Shown here piece after piece: positions 41,215 to 50,894 of a stretch of 64,000 nt of DNA. The notes under the pieces are model-generated. The model did no database searches. It was not told where the DNA came from and was given only the letters and a program-made list of their open reading frames with translations. Location of the stretch: positions 384,001 to 448,000 of the forward strand of contig CAWEPZ010000011.1 of assembly GCA_963811105.1 (NCBI GenBank), given 5' to 3'. The position numbers were made by a program, and so were the translations under genes. Position 1 is the stretch's first letter; every line of letters starts with the position of its first letter. The stretch comes from Candidatus Bathyarchaeota archaeon. Lineage in GTDB: Archaea > Thermoproteota > Bathyarchaeia > Bathyarchaeales > Bathycorpusculaceae.

Positions 41215-41931
41215 ATGAGCGTTCAATTGCGATTGGTAGATATCAAAAAAAGCTACCGCAAAGTTACAGCGTTAAATTCTGTTTCTCTGGAAATGGAAGG
41301 CGGCAAAATCATTGTTCTTTTGGGTATCAACGGTGCGGGCAAATCAACACTCATGCGCATCATGGCTGGTTTAGAAACCGCTGACAGCGGACAATTATTG
41401 TTCAACAACCAGAACATCGACTGCAAATCTTTGCGCCAAGTCTCAACTTTGGTTTTTCAAAAAAGTGCAATGTTTAGTACAAACGTTTACTATAATATGG
41501 CTTACGGATTAAGAATTAGGAAAGTCCCAAAAGTAGAAACTAAGAAGAAAGTGGCGGACGCCTTGCAAGCGGTTAGGCTTTCAGGGTTTGAAAAGCGAAG
41601 GGCAAAAAAAACTTCAGGCGGCGAGCAACAGAGAATAGCACTTGCAAGAGCGTTCCTGCTTGAATCGCATGTTTTGCTTTTGGATGAGCCTACTGCAAAT
41701 TTGGATCCAAACAGCGCATCTATAATTGAAAAGGCAATAGTCAGCAGAAAAAGCGAGGAGCGGATTATAGTATTGGCTACTCATAACCTTAATCAGGCAA
41801 GAAGAATGGCTGATCTAATAATTCATATTCATAATGGTGAGGTAGTAGAAATCAGTGAAACTGAAAATTTCTTTGAAAACCCTAAAAATGAAATTTCGCG
41901 TAAATTTGTTAATGGCGAATTGGAATTTTGA
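41215..41931 (+). CDS. tupC: Tungstate ABC transporter ATPase
   Basis: GINGAGKST, SGGEQQR, LLLDEPT. Confidence 0.92.
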   Translation: MSVQLRLVDIKKSYRKVTALNSVSLEMEGGKIIVLLGINGAGKSTLMRIMAGLETADSGQLLFNNQNIDCKSLRQVSTLVFQKSAMFSTNVYYNMAYGLRIRKVPKVETKKKVADALQAVRLSGFEKRRAKKTSGGEQQRIALARAFLLESHVLLLDEPTANLDPNSASIIEKAIVSRKSEERIIVLATHNLNQARRMADLIIHIHNGEVVEISETENFFENPKNEISRKFVNGELEF

Positions 41932-41994
41932 TCAGAACTTGGTTGTAGGCTAAAAAAAGAAAGAAAAATAGAAGCTTTTGATTTTTGTCGTTTC

Positions 41995-44685
41995 TTATGG
42001 ATGTCTTCTTAGGATTAGCATGGTTGCTATGGCTATTGCAATGACTATTGCGACCCCTACGGCTACTATGTAGGTCATTAGGTCAGTAGTCGTTGCTATA
42101 TTTAATGGTGAGGCGGTTGGTGTTACTGTTGCTATTGGAGCGTTGACCACAGTTGTATATGTATCCGCAGATGAGCTTCCATACGCGTTGCTACCTGCGA
42201 AAGTTGCAATAATCTGGTAGTCCCCTGAGATAGTTGGTGTCCAAGTGAAATGGAATGTTCCCCTTACATCAGTAGTTGCATCTCCGATATGTACAGGATT
42301 ACCGTTTGGATCCACCGCATCCATTGAAACTGGCACTCCAGTAATTGTTATGTTATGATATATTCCATCGATTGGCATTTGCAGATTTAGGTGGTCCATC
42401 CATGTTGCCATTGAAGTATCAGAGATGCATGGTGTTCCTGCTTGCTGTGGTGACTCGTCCAACACCGTTCCAGAGATGACTACTCTTTCTCCAGCGATTA
42501 TTTGTGTTTGTGGTGCGGAAACTGTAGTTGTGCTTGGACCTTTGCCTACAACGTATAGCTTGCCGTCGTAGTTGCTGCCTGCTACAAAATAGTCGTCAGA
42601 TGCAGCCGCTACTGTCATGCGTGTACCGCTTATTTTCCATTGTAATACCCCGGTGGTAGCGTTTATGCAGTTTAGTCCCCAGCCTCTTGTCGGCGGAAGT
42701 GATGGAGTGTGCTCATTATTTGATACGTATAGCAGGCCGCCTATGACTTTGATTTCATTGGTTGAATACTCATTTGCGTATGTTCCGTTTTCGAGAGATG
42801 TATATGGAGTTTCAAATGGTAGAGCTGCGTCGACGTAGTGCCACATTATTGCGCCGTTGGTTTCATTAAGGGCCCAAACGCCAGTGTATCCAATCATGAA
42901 TAGGATGCCGTTGTATCCAGCCGTTGTGTACTGGGTAAATTCGCCCCAAGGATAGTCATTTATTGGAGTAGTCCAAAGCAGTGTTCCTGTACGTAGATCA
43001 TATGCTTTCCAGAATCCATGCTCAAAAAAACAGAAGTACTTTCCATTCTCCGATAGTGCAGTAGCCATGTTAAATGGTGTGGTGCCGTTTTCATCGCCAG
43101 GACTTGTTGTGTAGTTCCATAACATTTTTCCTGTTGTGTAGTCTATAGCATAGAGGTTTCCGCCGTAGAGGCCGCCGTAATAGAATCTGCTTGCAATTAT
43201 GCCAATGCCTGTTACGGGATCATAAGAGCCTAGGAGTGATTGTGCAGCGGCTGCCGTTGGAGGTATCCTGTAACTTGGCGGTATTGAAACACTGACGTTG
43301 CTAACTATTCGTGAAGAGAAGGATGTTGATGTTCCTTGTTCTGTCCAGTTGATTAAGAATCCGTTTGTATAAATGTTGTAGCTACTACCTTGGAATGTAA
43401 TCGTAGTGTAGTTAACGAATTGGAAGCTTAAGTAATAGCCATTGTAGAAAGCGCATTCAGCATTACCTGCCGATCCCAAACTTGGAATCGACATGTTTAA
43501 TGTTATGGCTCCGGTGTTTGGATTAACCTTGTATAGTCTGGCTGCAGTGGCGCCACCGCTTATTGCAAAGAGGTCAATACCATAGGCTGCATCTGCTGCT
43601 GCTCCGGGAACTGCTGTGTCTACGCCTGCCCAGTATGCGATGTGGTTTGGTGTAATTCCGCCATCGCCGGTTGGAATGTCATAGTATATTTTTCCTGTCT
43701 GCAAGTCATAGCATTCTGCCACTGATTGGGGAGTTTGACGGTATGTTCCGTTGACTAGTTGCGGCATTATTTTTGTAACAGTTGTATAGCATCTGCCCAT
43801 GTAGATAACGCTTGGAGTGTTGGCTGTGCCTGCACTGCTTGGGCCGACAACGTTGGCTTGATTTCCTACCTCGCCTCCAATGAGGCCTGACATTTGGCTC
43901 ACTTGACTCCACAGAATGTGCGGAGTGTTTACAGCTGGGATATAGGGACCATAGTAATTACTTGAGGTAGCTGATTGAGCACCGCCACTGTAACTCATCC
44001 ATGGAAAGTTTCCTGAGATTGTGCTCCATTCTCTGTTGTTTGGTTCTATTGGTCGACTCCAGTAATCTGTTGGCAGAGCTGAAGACCATGACATTACTTG
44101 GGCTTGTTGAACTGTAACATTCGTAATGGGTGTGATAACGGGAACAACATAGTCTGAGGGGTAAAAAAGCCATCCAGAGACTGGCGTTGCAGAGTAGTTT
44201 CCATTATTGTAGTATCCTGCCGGGAAGTATTCGCCGGGGAATGAGAATTGGAACTGGTATACACCAACTGTGTCGGGAACGTAGTTGAACCAGCTTGTGC
44301 CGTCTGCTACGTAGGATTGAAGGGTAACAGTTTGAGTTGAGAGGTCTGGTTTCGTTATTGTGACAACGTACCCATTCATGAATTTGCCTTCACCTGAGGG
44401 AGTTGTTATCCAAACGTTAACCAAAAGCAGTTGACCGACTCCGATGGGATTGGGTGAAGCACTAAGGAACGGTTGTGGATGAATTGTCCAATCAACCGTT
44501 GCGCCAGATGGTGGTGAAGTAGGTCCTACATAGCCATTTTGTGTTGGAGCTTGACCGTGCGCTAGTTCTTGCCCTTGCACTGGTACGAATGAGAAGAGTA
44601 TAGAAGCCAGTAATAGAGAAGTGAGGATCGCAAAAGATGTTTTTGATGTGTTCAATGAATTTACTAAATTTCTCAAAATATTCAT
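41995..44685 (-). CDS. Cell-surface PQQ-like beta-propeller protein (paralog of 25540-28107)
   Basis: Same architecture; shared LPTDYW.RP, PIDGIYHNIT, ATFAG..YGSS and ATTTDLMTYIVA segments. Confidence 0.85.
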   Translation of the reverse strand: MNILRNLVNSLNTSKTSFAILTSLLLASILFSFVPVQGQELAHGQAPTQNGYVGPTSPPSGATVDWTIHPQPFLSASPNPIGVGQLLLVNVWITTPSGEGKFMNGYVVTITKPDLSTQTVTLQSYVADGTSWFNYVPDTVGVYQFQFSFPGEYFPAGYYNNGNYSATPVSGWLFYPSDYVVPVITPITNVTVQQAQVMSWSSALPTDYWSRPIEPNNREWSTISGNFPWMSYSGGAQSATSSNYYGPYIPAVNTPHILWSQVSQMSGLIGGEVGNQANVVGPSSAGTANTPSVIYMGRCYTTVTKIMPQLVNGTYRQTPQSVAECYDLQTGKIYYDIPTGDGGITPNHIAYWAGVDTAVPGAAADAAYGIDLFAISGGATAARLYKVNPNTGAITLNMSIPSLGSAGNAECAFYNGYYLSFQFVNYTTITFQGSSYNIYTNGFLINWTEQGTSTSFSSRIVSNVSVSIPPSYRIPPTAAAAQSLLGSYDPVTGIGIIASRFYYGGLYGGNLYAIDYTTGKMLWNYTTSPGDENGTTPFNMATALSENGKYFCFFEHGFWKAYDLRTGTLLWTTPINDYPWGEFTQYTTAGYNGILFMIGYTGVWALNETNGAIMWHYVDAALPFETPYTSLENGTYANEYSTNEIKVIGGLLYVSNNEHTPSLPPTRGWGLNCINATTGVLQWKISGTRMTVAAASDDYFVAGSNYDGKLYVVGKGPSTTTVSAPQTQIIAGERVVISGTVLDESPQQAGTPCISDTSMATWMDHLNLQMPIDGIYHNITITGVPVSMDAVDPNGNPVHIGDATTDVRGTFHFTWTPTISGDYQIIATFAGSNAYGSSSADTYTTVVNAPIATVTPTASPLNIATTTDLMTYIVAVGVAIVIAIAIATMLILRRHP

Positions 44686-44857
44686 TTTCTCCTTTTATTT
44701 TGTTGATAAGCAGAAGAAAAAATCGCTTTCTCAACTAGTATATTGTCTGGTAAAGCTACTTATAAATTTTAGGAAAAATCGGTTGCTAACACCTTTAGGT
44801 GAGACGATGCAATTTGACTATCTTTATATGATCTCTGCTACATAACGATATCCAGAA

Positions 44858-45415
44858 ATGCTCACCAACAAGAAACATAAGCTCTCATGCAAAATCTGGA
44901 TTCAATACAAGGACAAACCATTAATAGGCAAAGGCGGGGCAGAAATTCTTGAAGCCATAGAAAAAGAGAATTCAATTTCCAAGGCTGCAGAGACCTTGGG
45001 AATGTCTTATCGTTATGTTTGGAATTATTTGCAAGATATTCAAAAAAACCTCGATGAGCGGATAGTTGAAACTTACAAAGGTGGAAAAGCCGGAGGCGGA
45101 GGCGCAAAGCTGACAGATTTAGGAAGAGGTTTGCTTGGTGAGTATAAGCAAGTTGAGATTTACTTGGCGAAGGTCTTATCCAATTCAGGAAATTTGGAGG
45201 TGAAAGGTATGAAGTTAAGTGCAAGGAATCGCTTTAAGGGAAAAGTAGTTGCTGTTGAAAAAGGCGTTATTACCGCAAAAGTAAAGGTTGAGGTAAAAAT
45301 GCCTATTACTGTTACGGCAGTCATAACGAAAGACGCAGTTGAAGACTTAGACTTAAAAGTAGGAGACGAAGTCGAAGCAATTGTTAAATCAACAGGAGTA
45401 ATGATTGCCAAATAA
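44858..45415 (+). CDS. modE: ModE-family regulator (HTH + TOBE/Mop)
   Basis: SISKAAETLGMSYRYVW, GGKAGGGGAKLT, then LSARN...IT...L.L..G...A.VKS. Confidence 0.93.
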   Translation: MLTNKKHKLSCKIWIQYKDKPLIGKGGAEILEAIEKENSISKAAETLGMSYRYVWNYLQDIQKNLDERIVETYKGGKAGGGGAKLTDLGRGLLGEYKQVEIYLAKVLSNSGNLEVKGMKLSARNRFKGKVVAVEKGVITAKVKVEVKMPITVTAVITKDAVEDLDLKVGDEVEAIVKSTGVMIAK

Positions 45416-45616
45416 TTTTTCGTCCACAATCTTTGAGCAATTGCTTGTTTTAAAGAGTTCAACATATCCTGAGGGGCACCCTCTTTTTTCATAGTAAAAA
45501 TTTAAACAAAGAGAAGATATCCACTCAATCTACGTCAATATAACCTCACCGTAACTTAAATTGAACCTATCCACTATAAACCAAAACTGTTGTTAAGAAT
45601 TAAGAATTAGAATTGT

Positions 45617-46168
45617 TTACTCTACGACGTACCTATAAGTAATATGTTCGCCTGCAGTTGAACTCTTTCGAGTAATTTTTAAGATGTCACCTGGTTTTGC
45701 GCCTATAACTTTCACCGCTGGATCGCCTGATTTTATCTGTGGCATCTGGTATGGCTTAACTCTGTATTGTGCAAGAAGTTGGTTCTTTTCTTTTTCGCTT
45801 AATATTTCATGAAGGGGCACCAGTGCATGCTCGAATATGTCAAAGACTGGAAAAGATTTGGGAAGCAGCTCGACTTGTTTCTTTTTTGCACCAAGTTTTA
45901 CCGCGTGCGTGTAGCGTCCTTCCGTTACTACTATGGCGCGGTCAATTTCTTTCTCTTTCATTATCTTGTAGAGCGTGTTCATAGCGGCTATGCCGACGGT
46001 TGCTTCACCTAAAATGCACCAGATTATAGCTTTCTCTTTGTCCTGTGGAATGTCAATAATATAGGCTATCGCACCTTCAAACGATTCTTTCTCAAGAAGT
46101 TTGTATCGTCTTAATTTAATTAGGACTTCAGCTTTCCGTTCTTCGATTGTTTCTATTTTAGTACTCAA
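45617..46168 (-). CDS. rpo5: RNA polymerase subunit Rpo5/H with RPB5-like N-terminal domain
   Basis: C-terminal HALVPLHEILS..MPQIKSGDP..GAKPGDILKITRKS.TAG..ITYRYV plus about 105 extra N-terminal residues. Confidence 0.92.
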   Translation of the reverse strand: MSTKIETIEERKAEVLIKLRRYKLLEKESFEGAIAYIIDIPQDKEKAIIWCILGEATVGIAAMNTLYKIMKEKEIDRAIVVTEGRYTHAVKLGAKKKQVELLPKSFPVFDIFEHALVPLHEILSEKEKNQLLAQYRVKPYQMPQIKSGDPAVKVIGAKPGDILKITRKSSTAGEHITYRYVVE

Positions 46169-46326
46169 TTATAAACCCTCAATAATTGGGAATTACGCGA
46201 AAGTCATAACGAACTATTGCCCTTAAACTTTTCCCTATAAAAATAGCGATGCTAAAAAAATCTAGCCGAGCGGCAAATTTGAGAGCTCATAAAATAACAA
46301 TAAATACCTTGATAAACTCTGGGCAC

Positions 46327-46905
46327 CTAGGCTTTTACCAATTTAAATCCTATTTTTGTACCCATTCCATAAGCAAAAGCTAAGTTAATTATCATTATTG
46401 CCATAGCTTCAAGATGCCGTGCAGCTTTCAGAGGACCACAATCAATCGGGTCAAAACCTATGTCTTGTGTTAATTGGGCTACTGTTTGTTTAGCTTTCAA
46501 ATCGTCGCCAGCAATGAAAGCCGTTAATTGTTCTTTTCCAATTTTGCCCTTGTTTTGGTTAGCTGCGAACACTGTGTTGAACGCTTTTACTACTTTTGCT
46601 TTTGGCAGTTTTTTCTGAGTTTCTTCAGCTGAGGAAGTGGTGCAGCTTATTGCTAACTCTGATTTTGCTCCTACTGCGTTCATAACATCGATTACTATTT
46701 TCTCATCCGCATATGCTCTTATTTCTTCTATAGCATTGTTTGCATTTTCGTATGGCACTGCAAGAATTATTATGTCTCCCCATTTTGCCGCATTAGCAAC
46801 TGATTCTGCAGGGTCTCGGTGACCAAAACGTGTTTCGTGCTTAGCGCTTAAGCCACTGCATAATGCATTGCCAACATGGCCTTTTCCTATAATTGCGATT
46901 TTCAC
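46327..46905 (-). CDS. NADPH-dependent F420 reductase-like oxidoreductase
   Basis: IIGKGHVG, ILAVP, IDVMN, VVKAFNT, AGDD, GFDPIDCG.L. Confidence 0.88.
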   Translation of the reverse strand: MKIAIIGKGHVGNALCSGLSAKHETRFGHRDPAESVANAAKWGDIIILAVPYENANNAIEEIRAYADEKIVIDVMNAVGAKSELAISCTTSSAEETQKKLPKAKVVKAFNTVFAANQNKGKIGKEQLTAFIAGDDLKAKQTVAQLTQDIGFDPIDCGPLKAARHLEAMAIMIINLAFAYGMGTKIGFKLVKA

Positions 46906-47055
46906 TCTTTCAACCTCAGTTAAAAAGCACTTGATTTGGGTTCATTAGGAGTTGTGACTGCCATAAGCCTACAACAAAGTCTTCCATGAGCAAAATAGGG
47001 GTCAATTTCGCGGTTTTAAGTTCTCTAGATTCTTTAAACAGTTAAACAAAATAAA

Positions 47056-47334
47056 ACAACCCATTTTAGCGACAGAGATTTCTCGCCGGCAATCCAAAAA
47101 ACCCTAGAGCTGCCAGGCTTCATAAAGAACATGGAAGACAAAACTGTTCTTGTAGAGTTCGTCAGAAACGCCGTACTCAGCGTAGCAGACACATCATAGC
47201 CACATTCAAGAATGGTCATATTAAACAATTCATAGTGGTCGTGGATGCGAAGGCGCAAAACCAAGAAGAAGCTATTAAGCTGAATTCGTTGAGAAAGCAC
47301 CCAGAACACAATAATTCCACCGTTAGCCTGCGGC
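47056..47334 (+). pseudogene. hcp: Hydroxylamine reductase (hybrid cluster protein) internal fragment
   Basis: RDFSPAIQKTLELPGF..KTVLVEFVRNAVLSVAD..FKNGHIKQF..GCEGAKPRRSY*AEFVEKAP..LACG across frameshifts and stops. Confidence 0.8.
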
Positions 47335-47590
47335 TTATCGGATAATCATTCCCACTTGGACTAACGAGTTCTGTTCTCTAACAAAAAGCACAGCTGTCTT
47401 ATCCTTCGTAGGCCTTATGGACTTAGTCGGTGCAGGCCGTTCAATTATATTTCAAACCATGGAGATTCGGCCCGTTTGGATTATTATCGCACTAATCTAC
47501 CTTGTGTGGACTACCGGATTCTCTAAAATGATGGATATAATCTACGAGAAGAAGAAGATACCAGGCGCGGAACTCGGGATGCAGTCATAA
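47333..47590 (+). pseudogene. C-terminal fragment of polar amino-acid ABC permease
   Basis: AYRIIIPTWTNEFCSLTKSTAVLSFVGLMDL...IALIYLV; no N-terminal half. Confidence 0.8.
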
Positions 47591-47595
47591 AGCTG

Positions 47596-48171
47596 TTAGG
47601 TTTTGGTTTTCTTTAGAAGCCATGCCATGTTTTTTCCAAGGGTTTCCATTGTTTCCATGCCTTCTGTGTCGTTTTTTACGTCGCCTTTTTTGTTTCCGAT
47701 GGCGATGTTCCAGTAGCTGCTGCCTGGAATTATCATCTGGTTGATGAGGAAGAAGTGGTTCATGGCGTCGAAAGTGGTCATGGCGCCTGCTCGGCGGGCC
47801 ACGACAACTGCAGCTCCAACCTTATACTTCAATGCTTCAGGGGTGGCTCTGCAAACGAAGCCTGCTCGATCAATAAGCGCTTTTATTTCAGGCGACATCA
47901 TGCCAAAATAGGTGGGTGAGCCAAGGATTACGCCGTCTGCCTCAACCATCTTTTGAATGTACTTATTCACTTTGTCATCTCTAATGGTGCATTGCTGATT
48001 CTTGGTTTCAAAACATACCCTGCAAGCGGTGCAGCCGCGGATTTGCTCTCCTGCTAGCTGAACCAGCTCTGTCTTAATGTCTTCTTCTTCGAGGGTTTTG
48101 AGCACACGTTTTAGAAGTATGGCGGTGTTTCCGTCTTTTCGTGCACTTCCGTTAAAAGCTACAACTTTCAT
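47596..48171 (-). CDS. Iron-sulfur flavoprotein (Isf)/flavodoxin family
   Basis: NGSARKDGNT, CTACRVC..C, GSPTYF, RRAGA. Confidence 0.92.
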   Translation of the reverse strand: MKVVAFNGSARKDGNTAILLKRVLKTLEEEDIKTELVQLAGEQIRGCTACRVCFETKNQQCTIRDDKVNKYIQKMVEADGVILGSPTYFGMMSPEIKALIDRAGFVCRATPEALKYKVGAAVVVARRAGAMTTFDAMNHFFLINQMIIPGSSYWNIAIGNKKGDVKNDTEGMETMETLGKNMAWLLKKTKT

Positions 48172-48172
48172 T

Positions 48173-49168
48173 TCAAATTACCTTTAATAAATAAATCTGT
48201 TTTGAATTTAAGAGACTAACGGAAGGTGAAAGCTGACTTTTCTTTTTCACTTTTAAAATAAAAACAAGTGCTGCCACTACAATAATGGGTGCTGCAACAA
48301 CTAGCACAATTAGCCATGTTGGCACTGGCGTTGTAGGGGGTGAGGCGGGACTATGCATTAAGGGGTATTGGTCTTGGTTTAGAACGTCTATTATGTATGG
48401 GGTGTCGCCGATTCCATCATGGTTTGGGTCGGTTCCGTTATAGTTGCTCCAGTAATTGCCGATTTTGCCGTTATCCCAAGAATGCCGTGCTTCACTGAAA
48501 TTGTATACTTTGCACACACAACCGGTAAGTTGTACTTCATTTTCGATAAAGCTGTTTTGGCTAATTGTTATGTCTGAAGGTATGTTTCCTGCGTTGTGGT
48601 CGATTTGTTCAAAACCAAAGAAGAGCCCTTGTCTATTTTCTGCAATATAGTTTTTTGTTACGTTATTAGCTGAGCCCGACAGCAGCACACCTACGATATT
48701 GTTTGAGAAACTGTTGTCTATAATGGTGTTGTGTGCTGTGCGGATGTAAATTCCTATGCTGAAATTGCTGATATTTAGGTTCTTGACTGTTACTCCGCTT
48801 ACTGTTTTGTCAAAATCTAAACCAATAACGTACTGAACAGTTATAGTCGCATTAGGACCTAAACCCAGTATTATCTGAGATTCTATATCCATAGCGGTAA
48901 GTGGACCCATCAGCTTGAAGCCATCACCGTTAAGAGTTACGTTGCTTTTCTGAACAAGAATCGGATCAAACACATTGTCTGTAAACGTGTAGACATCTCC
49001 ATCGCGCAGAATGGGAACATTTGCTGGACTCACGGTTCCATTTGGTAGAATAAAAATTGTCGTTAAAGTTACTTGTGAGACAGCAGGCTCTAAAAACATT
49101 AGGCACGATAAACTCGTCAATAGAAAAACGGTTAAACAAATCTTATGCCCAAACAATTTTCTTGCCAT
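48173..49168 (-). CDS. NosD/CASH beta-helix surface protein
   Basis: Signal peptide; parallel beta-helix repeats; GNYWSNYNG.D..DGIGDTPY; C-terminal TM. Confidence 0.88.
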   Translation of the reverse strand: MARKLFGHKICLTVFLLTSLSCLMFLEPAVSQVTLTTIFILPNGTVSPANVPILRDGDVYTFTDNVFDPILVQKSNVTLNGDGFKLMGPLTAMDIESQIILGLGPNATITVQYVIGLDFDKTVSGVTVKNLNISNFSIGIYIRTAHNTIIDNSFSNNIVGVLLSGSANNVTKNYIAENRQGLFFGFEQIDHNAGNIPSDITISQNSFIENEVQLTGCVCKVYNFSEARHSWDNGKIGNYWSNYNGTDPNHDGIGDTPYIIDVLNQDQYPLMHSPASPPTTPVPTWLIVLVVAAPIIVVAALVFILKVKKKSQLSPSVSLLNSKQIYLLKVI

Positions 49169-49169
49169 T

Positions 49170-50768
49170 CTAATCTAACTCTTTCGTCGTATTTGAATTG
49201 TTAAGCCAATTTCTCGATTTGAAAATTGATTTTCCAGCAAACTTGAACTGCAGACAATCCTCATATGGGCACATCTCAACACATCTCAAACACCAAATAC
49301 ATTGTGAACTGGCTACGTCGCCGCTTTTCTGTTCATAGACCTCTTTAACTTGCGTTGGACAAACTCTTTTACAAATTCCGCATTTTTTGCATTTCTCTTC
49401 CGTCTTGTTCAAATGCACGCCGGAGATCCACTTGAACGGTGGAAATCTGTTAAAAACCGCCATCAAAGCGCCTAAGGGGCATATTTTGCACCATGAACGT
49501 CGGAAGAAAAATGCCGCTGCCGTAACTACTGCGAGAACAATTAAGTTGATTGACGTTAAATAGAAACCCAGCTGGAAGAATTGTCCACTTGTGGTTTGAG
49601 TTACCCAGCCTGGTTGCATTATCCCTAGACCAACATAAGTCAAAATGCAAAATGGCTTCATAGGGCAGACTTGACAAAATGGAGATGAAAAATAATTCCA
49701 GACAAACCCGCCTTTTTGAGTTCCAGGCACTATTTGGGTACCAGCAATGGCTTGCGATGCAAAAACGACGCTTAGAATTACAATAAGTGCTAAGATAATG
49801 TAGCCTAGCTGGTGAAAACGATCGTTGAACTTATCCGAAACATTTCTGCGCTTTATTCTCAACGCTCTCCGTAACCTAGTCATCAAATCTACGTACAAAC
49901 CGAATGGACATACCCAACCGCAAAAGACTCTGCCTAGGAGAACGGCTGCGAAAATGATTATTGCGAAAACAATTGCCAATCTAGCTATGCCTGAGGAATC
50001 ATAATGTACTCCCCAGCCGCCTCCAATGTTAAAAAACGGGTAAATATAGCTTTGAATTTGCCATAAAGCACAAGTTACAGTTCTTCCACAAGGATAAAAG
50101 CACGCAAAAAAGGGTGCTGGCAACCCATCAGGCATTGATACACCAAACACCTTTGTTCCAATTAAAATTTCGTGAGGGGCAACTTGTTCTGCGGGAACGG
50201 GCAAGTTCTGATGATCAATAAAGATACCAAAGAAAATTAGCAAAAGTAACCCTATTTGAACAAGCAATCTAAGAGAACTAATCTTTGCTGTCTTGTTTCT
50301 TCGTCCTATTATAAATGCAGCTGTGCCTAAGGCAAACAGAACTAGACCCGCGACAACGATTGTATAGTCAGTCTTGAAATTTAGTTTTACAGCTGGGGTT
50401 GGAGATGGCGCATCAGGATGCAACGGATCAGTTACTTGAGCGTATAATCTGTCGCAAATTGCTCCATTTATAGAGAATATGTTCCAGTAGCCTGCCATGC
50501 CGAGCGATTGAGTGACGACGAAATTACCAGTCTTGGGGTCAGTTAAAACATACTTTTCAATGAAGGTGTAGTCTGGTCTAGTAAATACTACTCTTACAGT
50601 CCTATTCTCCTCTGGAGGACATATTTGTCCTGTAACTGTGACATTTTCGTTAATGATAATTTGAGTTTTATCAATGTCTGAAGTAACGCATGGACCATAG
50701 CAGGAGTTGACTGGTTGGACATAATATACGTTAAAAAGGTAGACAGCGACTATTGCTGAAACTGCCAA
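49170..50768 (-). CDS. NapH/MauN-like membrane polyferredoxin with N-terminal extracellular domain
   Basis: GRVFCGWVCPFG, FCQVCP, WCKICPLG, CKKCGICKRVCP, CIWCLRCVEMCP. Confidence 0.9.
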   Translation of the reverse strand: MAVSAIVAVYLFNVYYVQPVNSCYGPCVTSDIDKTQIIINENVTVTGQICPPEENRTVRVVFTRPDYTFIEKYVLTDPKTGNFVVTQSLGMAGYWNIFSINGAICDRLYAQVTDPLHPDAPSPTPAVKLNFKTDYTIVVAGLVLFALGTAAFIIGRRNKTAKISSLRLLVQIGLLLLIFFGIFIDHQNLPVPAEQVAPHEILIGTKVFGVSMPDGLPAPFFACFYPCGRTVTCALWQIQSYIYPFFNIGGGWGVHYDSSGIARLAIVFAIIIFAAVLLGRVFCGWVCPFGLYVDLMTRLRRALRIKRRNVSDKFNDRFHQLGYIILALIVILSVVFASQAIAGTQIVPGTQKGGFVWNYFSSPFCQVCPMKPFCILTYVGLGIMQPGWVTQTTSGQFFQLGFYLTSINLIVLAVVTAAAFFFRRSWCKICPLGALMAVFNRFPPFKWISGVHLNKTEEKCKKCGICKRVCPTQVKEVYEQKSGDVASSQCIWCLRCVEMCPYEDCLQFKFAGKSIFKSRNWLNNSNTTKELD

Positions 50769-50894
50769 GCAGAGAACAGTTCGCTGTTTAATGCAACCTC
50801 ACCCTGATCTGTCCATAGTGTGGTTTTATCTCATATACTTTTGCAAATTGTCGTTCGGAAGCTTGGTTTGCATTTTTATGCTACAGAAATAGCA

